The notes below the pieces were generated by a model, which was given only the letters and a program-made list of their open reading frames with translations, had not been told where the DNA came from and searched no databases. A stretch of 64,000 nt of DNA from an uncultured Bacilli bacterium (lineage in GTDB: Bacteria > Bacillota_I > Bacilli_A > RF39 > UBA660), in NCBI GenBank assembly GCA_963931545.1, contig OZ007025.1, forward strand, positions 740,312 to 804,311, in the 5' to 3' direction. Positions 54,056 through 62,951 of the stretch are shown here, in pieces; the first letter of the stretch is position 1; every line of letters starts with the position of its first letter. The translations under genes were made by a program, and so were the position numbers.

Positions 54056-55456
54056 TTAATTATTTACGCTGTGAGTTACCATAGGAGTTGACATGGTTAT
54101 TTTATCAAAAGTATAACCATTATTTTTGCCATATCTAATGATGTTTCTCAAAGCATCTTTTGTATAAGTTTTAATATCATGCATTAAAATAACATTTGCT
54201 CTATTTTTACTTAGTGATTTAATGACATTATTATAAACTCCACTTGGGCTTGTTGTTTCACCTGCATCACCTGATGATATATTCCAATCAAAATAGTGAT
54301 AGCCCTTATTTACAACATCTTTAGTTAAAGTGCTCATAATACCTTTCGAATATTTTTTAGAAATTGTATTTGATGAACCACCTGGAAATCTAATTATTTT
54401 CGATTCATAGCCGGTTATTCTTTTAACTCTATTTTGAATTTGTAATAAATCATTATAATAACTATTGACTGATTTATAGACAGTAGCATAGTTATGTGAG
54501 GCGGTGTGAAGACCTACTGTATGTCCTTCATCAAATTCTCTTTTGATTAGGGAATCTGGTCCACTATTAGTGACAAAAAATGTTGCTTTGACGCCTTCAT
54601 CTTTTAAAATATCTAATATAATATTTGTAGTACCTTGTTTGGGTCCATCATCAAAGGTTAAATATATGACTCCCTTACCAGAGGCTGAATTATAAGTTGG
54701 TTTTGATACCACTTTAACAGTTCTTTCTACTATTGTTTGATTACCGGAAGAATCTTTTACAGTATAAGTAATCTTATATGTTCCTAATTTATTTATATTT
54801 ACACTACCGCTTTTAACCACATTACTTGTAATATCCCCATCACAGTTATCAGTTGCTGTATAACCTGGATCAGTCCAAGCATTACCTAAATATAAGGTTA
54901 TAGTTTTATTCCCTTTTAAAGTAATGGTTGGGACTGTTTTATCTTCTATACTAATCTTTCTAGTTATTTGAGCTTGATTGCCAGAAGAATCTTTGACTGA
55001 GTAAGTGATTACATTATCTTTAGTGGTTACTTTGACTTTTTTAGTGATATCCCCATCGTAGTTGTCGGTGGCAGTGTATCCTTCTTCTTTATATTCACCA
55101 TTTGGACATATAGATATATTTTCATTGCCTGTTAATGTTATAATAGGTTTTTCATCATCAATAATTTTTACAGTTCTTGTTTTTTTGAAAGTAATACCGT
55201 TAATTTTAACTTCATAAGTTACTTTGTAAGTTCCTAATTTTTTTAAATTGATATTTTTTTTGATTTTAACTTTTTTTGAATAATCTTTTCCAAATTTAGT
55301 TATTTTGTAACCAGATTCTTTATATGTTTCTCCATATTTTAATTCAATAGTATCACCTTTATTAAGTTTAAATTTTGGTGGTATAAAAAGAAAAACCATA
55401 GTTCCAACAAATAATACAATAATAGCTATAATTCCAATAACATACTTCTTTTTCAT
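54056..55456 (-). CDS. Membrane-anchored polysaccharide deacetylase (CE4) with three Ig-like (DUF5011-type) repeats
   Basis: 466 aa. Ig-like repeats GYTATDNYDGDIT / GYTATDNCDGDIT. CE4 motifs IYLTFDDGP, HTVGLHTASH and IIRFPGGS. Confidence 0.85.
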   Translation of the reverse strand: MKKKYVIGIIAIIVLFVGTMVFLFIPPKFKLNKGDTIELKYGETYKESGYKITKFGKDYSKKVKIKKNINLKKLGTYKVTYEVKINGITFKKTRTVKIIDDEKPIITLTGNENISICPNGEYKEEGYTATDNYDGDITKKVKVTTKDNVITYSVKDSSGNQAQITRKISIEDKTVPTITLKGNKTITLYLGNAWTDPGYTATDNCDGDITSNVVKSGSVNINKLGTYKITYTVKDSSGNQTIVERTVKVVSKPTYNSASGKGVIYLTFDDGPKQGTTNIILDILKDEGVKATFFVTNSGPDSLIKREFDEGHTVGLHTASHNYATVYKSVNSYYNDLLQIQNRVKRITGYESKIIRFPGGSSNTISKKYSKGIMSTLTKDVVNKGYHYFDWNISSGDAGETTSPSGVYNNVIKSLSKNRANVILMHDIKTYTKDALRNIIRYGKNNGYTFDKITMSTPMVTHSVNN

Positions 55457-55554
55457 ATAATACTCCTATTTATATATTTTAAAAATTTTTTTAAAGAATA
55501 TTTATAATTATAATTTTTTACATAATACTATCTAAAATTATTATATCATTAAAA

Positions 55555-57036
55555 TTACTTAATTAAAATTTCTCCTGTCATTTCTTTAGGTACTTTTATG
55601 TTTAAAAGTGTTAATATGGTTGGGGCAATATCGGCTAATTTGCCGTTTTTAAGTTTGATATTTTTAGTAACTAAAAATGGTACAGGACTTATAGAATGAG
55701 ATGTAATTATGTTATTATTATCATCTAACATATAATCACAGTTGCCATGGTCAGCTGTTATAATTAATATACCATTTAATTCATTTATTTTTTGATATAT
55801 TTTGCCAATACATTCATCTACACTTTCTATTGCTTTAACTGTTGCTTCAAAGTTTCCAGTATGACCAACCATATCGCCATTCGCAAAGTTTAAGATAATA
55901 ACATTGTAATTTTCCATTTTAGAAAGTAATGTATCAGTGATTTCATAAGCGCTCATTTCTGGTTTTAAATCATAAGTTGCAACTTTAGGAGACGGAATTA
56001 ATATTTGGTCACAGTTATCTAATTTTGTTTTATTTTCTCCATCAAAGAAATAAGTTACATGGGCATATTTTTCAGTTTCGGCAATTCTTAATTGTTTTAA
56101 ATTATTTTTCATTAAAACTTCTCCTAAATAATTATTTATTTTAGTATGTTTAAATAAATTGGTGCATATAACGTTGCTATCTACGGGCATCATTGTAACT
56201 AATTTTAAGTTAGGAATAAACTCTCTTTCAAAATCTTTAAAATCAGGATTAGTAAAAGCTGTAAATAATTCTCTTAATCTATCTGGTCTAAAATTAAAGA
56301 CTAAAATACCATCATTTTCTTTAATGTTGATATCATAAGTTTTAAAGGGTTCTATAAATTCATCGGTAATATTATTTTTATAACTTTCATTTATGGTATT
56401 TAAAATGTCTTTAACTTCTTTGTTTTGTGTCATATTATCGTAGGCTTTTTTTATTCTATCCCATCTATTATCTCTATCCATTGCATAATATCTACCAGAA
56501 ACACTCGCAATTTTTCCAGTATTTGTTTCTTTTATTTTATTTTCTAATATTTGTATAAAGTTAATAGCTTCATTGGGAGTTGTATCTCGGCCATCGGTAA
56601 AAATGTGATAGTATATGTTTATATTTTCTTTTTTTAATATATCTATTAGTCCTAATAAATGATTAATATGTGAATGTATTCCTCCATCACTTAATAAACC
56701 ACATATATGTAGATTTGAATTATTTACTTTAACATGATTGATTAAATCTTTAAATTCTTTATTATCTTTTAGTGTATTATTTTTTATAGCATCATTTATA
56801 ATATCAATTGACTGTTTAGGGATCCTACCTGTTCCTATATTTATATGTCCTACTTCACTATTGCCCATTTGCCCTTTAGGAAGACCAACTGAAGGACCAC
56901 TGGCTTCTAATAATGAATGAGGATATTTATTAAATAATTTATCTAAATTAGGGGTTTTTGCTGTATATAAAGCGTTTCCATGTGTTTCTTTTCTAATGCC
57001 AGTTCCATCTAAAATACAAAGTAATAATGGTTTCAT
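55555..57036 (-). CDS. gpmI: 2,3-bisphosphoglycerate-independent phosphoglycerate mutase
   Basis: 493 aa. Motifs LLCILDGTG, GNSEVGHINIG and TADHGN. Confidence 0.9.
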   Translation of the reverse strand: MKPLLLCILDGTGIRKETHGNALYTAKTPNLDKLFNKYPHSLLEASGPSVGLPKGQMGNSEVGHINIGTGRIPKQSIDIINDAIKNNTLKDNKEFKDLINHVKVNNSNLHICGLLSDGGIHSHINHLLGLIDILKKENINIYYHIFTDGRDTTPNEAINFIQILENKIKETNTGKIASVSGRYYAMDRDNRWDRIKKAYDNMTQNKEVKDILNTINESYKNNITDEFIEPFKTYDINIKENDGILVFNFRPDRLRELFTAFTNPDFKDFEREFIPNLKLVTMMPVDSNVICTNLFKHTKINNYLGEVLMKNNLKQLRIAETEKYAHVTYFFDGENKTKLDNCDQILIPSPKVATYDLKPEMSAYEITDTLLSKMENYNVIILNFANGDMVGHTGNFEATVKAIESVDECIGKIYQKINELNGILIITADHGNCDYMLDDNNNIITSHSISPVPFLVTKNIKLKNGKLADIAPTILTLLNIKVPKEMTGEILIK

Positions 57037-57080
57037 AATATCATCCTTTCTATACTAAACAATTATATCATAAAACGTTA

Positions 57081-57106
57081 AAAATAAATCAGATTTAATC
57101 TGATTT
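57081..57106 (-). terminator. Terminator of the pilC-pilD operon
   Basis: Stem AAATCAGAT/ATCTGATTT with a 3-nt loop, followed by AUUUU on the - strand. Confidence 0.6.
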
Positions 57107-57866
57107 ACCTATAAAAATTAATGATTGTTTCAATATTAAATTGTAACAATAAAAGTAAGGTAGCGCCCGCAGCTAAAAATGGTCCAAAAGGTAAAATATG
57201 ATTTTTCTTTTTATATAAAATTAATAAGGCTATTGGTAAGCCGATTAAAGAGCCTACAAATATTGATAATATAGCTATTGGATAAGTTAAAACCATACCA
57301 AATATAAAGAGTAATTTAATATCTCCTCCACCCATGGACTCTTTTTTAAATAGAAAATCGCCTAATTTTTTAAGTAAAAACATGGTTAGGAAAGCTAGTG
57401 TTCCATTTAATAAACTATATAAGGCTGCTTCTAAACCATTAATGCATAATATTTCGGCAAATAAAATGATTGTGAAAGTAATTAAAACTTCATCGGGTAT
57501 TATAAGGTAATGATAGTCACTTATAACTATAATAATCATCATTGAAATAAATGTTAAGGCAATAATTAAATTTAAGTTTAAACCAAATGATAAATAAGAC
57601 AAAACAAATAATATACCTGTTAAAGTTTCGAATATAGGATAAAATAATGATATTTTTTTATGACAGTGCTTACATTTACCGCCTTGAAAAATATACGATA
57701 AAATAGGTATTAATTCAAAGAAAGTTAATTTATGATTACAATTGGTACAATGACTTGGTGGATATACAATTGATTCTCCTTTTGGTAATCTATATCCAAC
57801 TACATTGTAAAAGGAACCAAAGATGGTTCCTATTATGAATAAAAATATACAAATAATTATTTCCAT
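57105..57866 (-). CDS. pilD: Prepilin peptidase (A24 family)
   Basis: Start taken at MEIIICIFLF (57866). Zinc-knuckle cysteines CTNC...CKHC. Active-site region GGGDIKLL. Confidence 0.8.
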   Translation of the reverse strand: MEIIICIFLFIIGTIFGSFYNVVGYRLPKGESIVYPPSHCTNCNHKLTFFELIPILSYIFQGGKCKHCHKKISLFYPIFETLTGILFVLSYLSFGLNLNLIIALTFISMMIIIVISDYHYLIIPDEVLITFTIILFAEILCINGLEAALYSLLNGTLAFLTMFLLKKLGDFLFKKESMGGGDIKLLFIFGMVLTYPIAILSIFVGSLIGLPIALLILYKKKNHILPFGPFLAAGATLLLLLQFNIETIINFYR

Positions 57867-57876
57867 AACATCACCT

Positions 57877-59508
57877 TTAGGCTTGAATTTGACTATACAT
57901 TGAAAACATTGGTACAACAATTGATAATACGATTACTCCAACCATTGCTGTTAACATAATAATTAAAGCTGGTTCAACAAATGTTTTAATACGTGTAACT
58001 GAATTTTTATGTAAATCTTGATAATATAATGATATTTTATACATCATTTCTGGTAGTTGACCACTTCTTTCTCCAGTAACAATCATTTCATAAGCTGGCA
58101 ATGGAAAGGCCCACTGGTTTTTAAAGGCTAATGAAATTGATTTTCCTTGAGAAATATTGTTTATTGCTTTTTGAATTAATTCTTTATATATTTCATTATT
58201 AGTTACTTTATTTAAAATTTTCATACTATCTGTGATAAAAACATTATGTGAAAGCAAAGAAGAAAATGTTTTAGTAAATGTAGTTACTTCTTTATATATG
58301 ATAACACTACCAAATACTGGCAGATGCATTAATATCCATTGTACTGTTTTTCGATATGCTTTAACATTTTTATATAAATAAATACTTAAAATTAATAATA
58401 TAACAATGGCTATTCCTATGTATATAATATATTTTTGTAAAAATTGACTGAGTGCTAAAACGGCAGAAGTGATTGCTGGTATTTTAGTGCTATCCATTGT
58501 GTTATAAATTTCGATAAATTTAGGAACTACATATAGCATGATGAATGTTCCAACTCCAATTGCAATTACAAAAATAATTGCGGGATACATCATTGCTGTA
58601 ATCATTGCTTTTCTAGTAGCTTCTATTTCTGTAAAATAGGCTTCCATATCATCTAATGTTTCTGGAAGTTCTCCTGTCATTTCTGCGGTTTTAACCATAT
58701 TAATTAAAATATTAGGGAAAGTGTTTCCTTGTTTAGCAAGTGCTTCACTAAAACTTTTTCCAGTAGTTAAATCATAACTTAATGTGGCTAAAATTCTTTT
58801 ATATTTTTCATTTTTAAATTGTTTTGTTAATATTTTTATAGCCTCGGCTAAGGGAATACCAACTTTTAAATAAGTAGAAACTTGAGCCAAAAAGAAAATT
58901 AAATCATGTGTTTTAAATTTATCCCCTGTTTTTCCAACACTATTATGTGAAAAATTTATCCATATATTTGTTTTAATTTTATAAATTTTATATCCCTGAG
59001 TTTTTAAATATGAATGCACTTCAACTAAAGAATATGCAGCGAAATAGCCTTTTACTATTTTTCCTTCTGGATTTCTTGCAATATATTCATAAATACGTTT
59101 TTTGCTTGTTTTTTTTGCTTCAGGGCCATTATAATTAATTATCATTTCCTGAGTATCTTTATATTTATCTTTAATTTCAGTGCTGCCAATTTTTGTGTTT
59201 AATAATTTACTTAGTTTTTTTGAAAAAGATTCTTTTTCTTTTGGTGTATCTTTGTTAGTCTTTATGTTTTTTTCTCTATTATGTTCAGCTAATAATAATT
59301 CGGTTTTTTTATAACGATTTTCGGTTTTTTGTGATTTGATAACAGGCTTTTTTGCTGTGTTAGTTGGGGTAAATAGCTTTGCCATAATAGTTGGAAATGC
59401 CATTATTCCCAAAAAGACATATCTAAAGAATTTACCAATAGCTTTAAATAATTCTATAATACCATGATAGACATAAATGAATGGGGATAACAAAAATTTA
59501 AAGTTCAT
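57877..59508 (-). CDS. pilC: Type IV pilus/T2SS platform protein (PilC/GspF family) with a ~135-aa N-terminal extension
   Basis: 543 aa with two T2SSF-type repeats (GIPLAEAIKIL..., GKSISLAF...). The extra N-terminus has a hydrophobic segment and a Lys-rich tract. Confidence 0.75.
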   Translation of the reverse strand: MNFKFLLSPFIYVYHGIIELFKAIGKFFRYVFLGIMAFPTIMAKLFTPTNTAKKPVIKSQKTENRYKKTELLLAEHNREKNIKTNKDTPKEKESFSKKLSKLLNTKIGSTEIKDKYKDTQEMIINYNGPEAKKTSKKRIYEYIARNPEGKIVKGYFAAYSLVEVHSYLKTQGYKIYKIKTNIWINFSHNSVGKTGDKFKTHDLIFFLAQVSTYLKVGIPLAEAIKILTKQFKNEKYKRILATLSYDLTTGKSFSEALAKQGNTFPNILINMVKTAEMTGELPETLDDMEAYFTEIEATRKAMITAMMYPAIIFVIAIGVGTFIMLYVVPKFIEIYNTMDSTKIPAITSAVLALSQFLQKYIIYIGIAIVILLILSIYLYKNVKAYRKTVQWILMHLPVFGSVIIYKEVTTFTKTFSSLLSHNVFITDSMKILNKVTNNEIYKELIQKAINNISQGKSISLAFKNQWAFPLPAYEMIVTGERSGQLPEMMYKISLYYQDLHKNSVTRIKTFVEPALIIMLTAMVGVIVLSIVVPMFSMYSQIQA

Positions 59509-59616
59509 TTTAACACCTTCCTATTCTTTTATGCTAAATTTATTATAACATAATAATTTTTAAAATAAAACTTTTTTTATTTAAATCATATAATATTTTA
59601 GAAGGGGGCTAGAATC

Positions 59617-59955
59617 ATGAATTTTTATAATCCCTATTATTATGTTATTCCTACGACTAGTGCTGGATTAGGGCGTGGATTATTTGGTGGAGCTCTACGC
59701 AATGGTATTAATTGGAGTGGAATTTTAAATGGTGCTCAAAGAACTTTAGGGTTAGTAAATCAAGCAATTCCTTTAGTTAAACAAGCGGCTCCTATGATGA
59801 GAAATGCTAAAACAATGTTTAAGGTTATGAATGAATTTAAAAAAGTTGATACACCTGTTAGCAAAAATAGTAATGAAAACAATGTTCATAATAGTAATAC
59901 AATTACTGAAAATGAAACTACCAATTATAATAGTGGGCCAACCTTTTTTCTTTAA
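59617..59955 (+). CDS. YqfQ/VrrA-like small protein
   Basis: 112 aa. GAAGGGGG RBS. A Gly-rich stretch is followed by the LGLVNQAIPLVKQAAPMMRNAKTMFKVM segment seen in YqfQ-like proteins. Confidence 0.35.
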   Translation: MNFYNPYYYVIPTTSAGLGRGLFGGALRNGINWSGILNGAQRTLGLVNQAIPLVKQAAPMMRNAKTMFKVMNEFKKVDTPVSKNSNENNVHNSNTITENETTNYNSGPTFFL

Positions 59956-59985
59956 TTATTTAAAAGAAAATTTTATATACTAATT

Positions 59986-60020
59986 AAAAATACTCCTATT
60001 TAATTTTTAGGAGTATTTTT
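59986..60020. terminator. Bidirectional terminator between convergent genes
   Basis: 12-bp stem AAAAATACTCCT/AGGAGTATTTTT. Confidence 0.75.
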
Positions 60021-62790
60021 AATTTGTTTGAGTAAATTTCCATTTTTGGGAAGCTGTTTTATTACATGTATACAATTGTATTTTTGTTCCATCTGTTGTT
60101 AAGCCACCAGAAACATCTAAACATTTATTACTTGTTTTATGTTTAATATAATAATATCCATCTCCTGCATTTTCTAAATAAAATCTTTGTCCATCTGTTG
60201 AATTACATATATAACTTTGGATTTTAGTTCCATCTGATGTTCCATTGTTTGCTACATCTAAACAAGCGTTTGTAACACCTATATGATATATTTTATAATA
60301 TACTTTACCATCAATTATACTTTCAACAGCGGGCATCCATTTTTGCCCAATATCTTTATTATTACTCCATAGCCAAATACTACATTCTCCATTATTTGCA
60401 TTACAATTACTTTGTTCTATTGAAAGGGTTTTATTATTATCTAAACCACTTATAAGCTGGTATTTTGTAGATAATGAAGTATTAATTACAAAATTAGGAT
60501 TAATCGTATAATCATGGGTGGTTGAATTGCCTTCTTGCCATTCTGTTATGTTAGGTACTGTATAACCAGAGTCTTCTACTACGGCCGAATTATATTCAAT
60601 AGTTCCACCATGTATTTCAAAAGTTCCATAATCTATGTTAAGTCCACCTGGTGCTGATTCAGTTGCTGTATTATTTGTAATACTTCCACCATTCATTACA
60701 AACGTTCCTTTAACAAATTGTACTCCTCCTCTAATTTCTCCAATATTATTAGAAATAGTTCCATTATTCATTACAAATGTTCCATTAGCAATGTGTACTC
60801 CTCCATCGACACCTCTATTATTTGTTATTAAGCCTTCATTCATTGTAAGAGTTCCATCAGCTACATAAATACCGCCTACTGTTGTTCCATAATTTTGATT
60901 AATTTCTCCACCATTTATTGTAATGGTTCCTCCACCTTGATAGATTCCTCCAACAATTCCATTTGAGTTATGTCCATTTTTTATAGTAGTACCATCTTCA
61001 ATATTTAAATTGCTTAAACTATCAATTAAGGTGTTTTGAGCAGTAATGTTTTTTCCATCTATTGTTATGTTTTCCAATGTAAGATTTCCTGCCATATGTC
61101 TTAATACATGCTCTAAATTACTTGCGGTTCTAAGTATGCTATATGTATTATTATAGCTTGTTAAGGTTATTTCTTTATCATCATCCATTAGTAACACTTC
61201 ATCTTGATTTATATTACTTTTTAGATATATTGTTGTATTATCATTCGCGTTGTCATATGTTTTTTGAATTGTTTTATATGGCTTATTAAATGTTCCTGCT
61301 CCTGTATTATCATTTGCGGTTGCTAATACATAATATTTTGTCCTTTTTACGTTATATGTACTTGATAAGGTATTTACTCCATCAGATACTGCTGCTACTA
61401 CATTTCCATCAAATGGAAAATATATGGTTGGTTTAGTATTAGTTATTGTTACTGCACTTTCATTATCTTTTTGATAGGTACATGTTAATGTGCTTCCACA
61501 TCCGCTTGGATATGTTATTACTACTTCTCCTTCATAATCTTCACTAAAGGTTGGTGTGGTAATTGACTTAGTGGTAACTATTTTTCTGGTATTTGTTGTT
61601 TTACCACTTTTTGATGTTACTCTAACTTCTACTGTATAACTTTTTCCTTGATTTAGATTTGTAAAATTATGAGTGGTACTAGTATTGCCATCTATCCAAT
61701 TTCCACCATTTATTCTATATTCATATTTAGTTATTCCACTATCAGCTTGGGCATTTGATACTACGGTTATACTATTGGTTGTACTTGTAGTTGATATGCT
61801 TAAACTTATATTATCTACTTTAACTTTTGAAGTTAGTGTTGTATTACTACTAACTGTATATTTATCATCTGGATTTCCTACTTTAGAACTTCCACTATAC
61901 CATCCATCTATTATATAGCCTTTATTAGGGGTTATGGTTGGTAAGGTTATTTCACATTCTGTTTCTCTATTATATATTGTACATATATCACTATTTTTTC
62001 CTATACTTTCTATATTGCTTCCTTTGTTATAGGTTACTTTTATTTCTTTTTTATAGATAGCATATAAGGTACTTGTTCCGACTGGCATTTGATATTCGCT
62101 TAGTCCTACCTCAGCATCTTTATCGGTATTCCAGCCTACAAATGTCCATCCATTTTTGTAGGCTTTAATATTTAAATCTACTTTACTTCCACTTGCTAGA
62201 TATTCTCCTTCACTATCAGTTCTTTCTCCTCCATTTGTTTTATAATCATAGGTTAATAGATATGTACTTGGGGCTTCTGGGTCTTTATTTTCTTGAGTAT
62301 ATTCAAATTCTATTTCTACTTCATTTGAAGTTGGCTCTCCTTCATAGTTTGGATTATATTCTATTTTTACATGAACTAATTTACTTTTTCCATGTTCTAA
62401 GACTTCTCCTTTGGTATATCCTGAGAAGGTTATTATTACCGCTTCACTATTTGAGTTTTGGGTATTTGTTAATATATCATTTAGTTTAGCATCTAAGGTC
62501 CCTCTATTTTCTATGGTTACATCATATTCCATGGCATCGCCTTTTTTATACAAATCGGCTTCCATTGAGGCTGTTAAGGTGGTCCATGATGGTTTTACTG
62601 TATTTTTGGCACTTCCTGTTGGAGTTCCATCTGTAACATTAGTTATTCTTATATCCCAGTTACTAGTTACTTTTGAAGTTCCTGAGATTTTTAATTCTGT
62701 ATTAAACGCAGCATAGCCTACTACCATACATAGTAGTACTCCTACTAAACTTAATATTATTATACTTCTTTTCTTTTTCCCTCTATGCAT
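60019..62790 (-). CDS. Large modular surface/secreted protein: N-terminal anchor or signal, Listeria-Bacteroides (InlB B-type) repeats, FN3, right-handed beta-helix repeats, C-terminal ricin-type lectin
   Basis: Start taken at the ATG at 62790 (MHRGKKKRS), with GGTGA 5 nt upstream. Motifs WTFVGWNTD and GYIIDGWYSG. FN3-like ITKYEYRINGG. Glycine-rich beta-helix turns GGIY.. / GGVH.. / GGVQ... C-terminal QxW lectin (GQKW, GQRF, SQKW). Confidence 0.75.
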   Translation of the reverse strand: MHRGKKKRSIIILSLVGVLLCMVVGYAAFNTELKISGTSKVTSNWDIRITNVTDGTPTGSAKNTVKPSWTTLTASMEADLYKKGDAMEYDVTIENRGTLDAKLNDILTNTQNSNSEAVIITFSGYTKGEVLEHGKSKLVHVKIEYNPNYEGEPTSNEVEIEFEYTQENKDPEAPSTYLLTYDYKTNGGERTDSEGEYLASGSKVDLNIKAYKNGWTFVGWNTDKDAEVGLSEYQMPVGTSTLYAIYKKEIKVTYNKGSNIESIGKNSDICTIYNRETECEITLPTITPNKGYIIDGWYSGSSKVGNPDDKYTVSSNTTLTSKVKVDNISLSISTTSTTNSITVVSNAQADSGITKYEYRINGGNWIDGNTSTTHNFTNLNQGKSYTVEVRVTSKSGKTTNTRKIVTTKSITTPTFSEDYEGEVVITYPSGCGSTLTCTYQKDNESAVTITNTKPTIYFPFDGNVVAAVSDGVNTLSSTYNVKRTKYYVLATANDNTGAGTFNKPYKTIQKTYDNANDNTTIYLKSNINQDEVLLMDDDKEITLTSYNNTYSILRTASNLEHVLRHMAGNLTLENITIDGKNITAQNTLIDSLSNLNIEDGTTIKNGHNSNGIVGGIYQGGGTITINGGEINQNYGTTVGGIYVADGTLTMNEGLITNNRGVDGGVHIANGTFVMNNGTISNNIGEIRGGVQFVKGTFVMNGGSITNNTATESAPGGLNIDYGTFEIHGGTIEYNSAVVEDSGYTVPNITEWQEGNSTTHDYTINPNFVINTSLSTKYQLISGLDNNKTLSIEQSNCNANNGECSIWLWSNNKDIGQKWMPAVESIIDGKVYYKIYHIGVTNACLDVANNGTSDGTKIQSYICNSTDGQRFYLENAGDGYYYIKHKTSNKCLDVSGGLTTDGTKIQLYTCNKTASQKWKFTQTN

Positions 62791-62806
62791 ATCATTCACC
62801 AATTAT

Positions 62807-62837
62807 ATTATACCCCCCCCCCCCATAAAAATTTCAA
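62807..62837 (-). promoter_or_regulatory. Promoter of the surface-protein gene with a G12 tract in the spacer
   Basis: On the - strand: TTGAAA (62837-62832), TTTTTAT, G12 (62824-62813), TATAAT (62812-62807). Spacer is 19 nt. Confidence 0.5.
62813..62824. repeat. Homopolymer C12 (+ strand), G12 on the coding strand
   Basis: Counted directly: 8 C at the end of the line starting 62761 plus 4 C at the start of the next line. Confidence 0.95.
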
Positions 62838-62893
62838 GTTTTTTTAATACAAAAGTAAAAAAAGAAACAAGGTTTTACACTTATTTCTTTATT

Positions 62894-62906
62894 GGGGGTG
62901 GGGGGG
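62894..62906. repeat. G5-T-G7 tract (+ strand), complementary to the C12 tract 69 nt away
   Basis: Counted directly: GGGGGTGGGGGGG. Confidence 0.95.
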
Positions 62907-62951
62907 TTATTTATTACTATACCTAGTGATAGATTAATATAAATAATTTCT

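Noticed and set aside
57867-57920. Upstream extension of the prepilin peptidase ORF
   Set aside because: It would overlap the pilC 3' end. Peptidase homologs start at the first TM helix (MEIIICIF...).
60635-62716. Plus-strand ORFs 60635-60868, 61673-61918, 62193-62489 and 62411-62716
   Set aside because: They are antisense to the 920-aa surface-protein gene, whose domain content is coherent. The antisense frames stay open because of biased codon use.
62894-62906. G-tract as a G-quadruplex
   Set aside because: Only two G-runs are present locally, whereas an intramolecular quadruplex needs four. Complementarity to the C12 tract is the simpler explanation.
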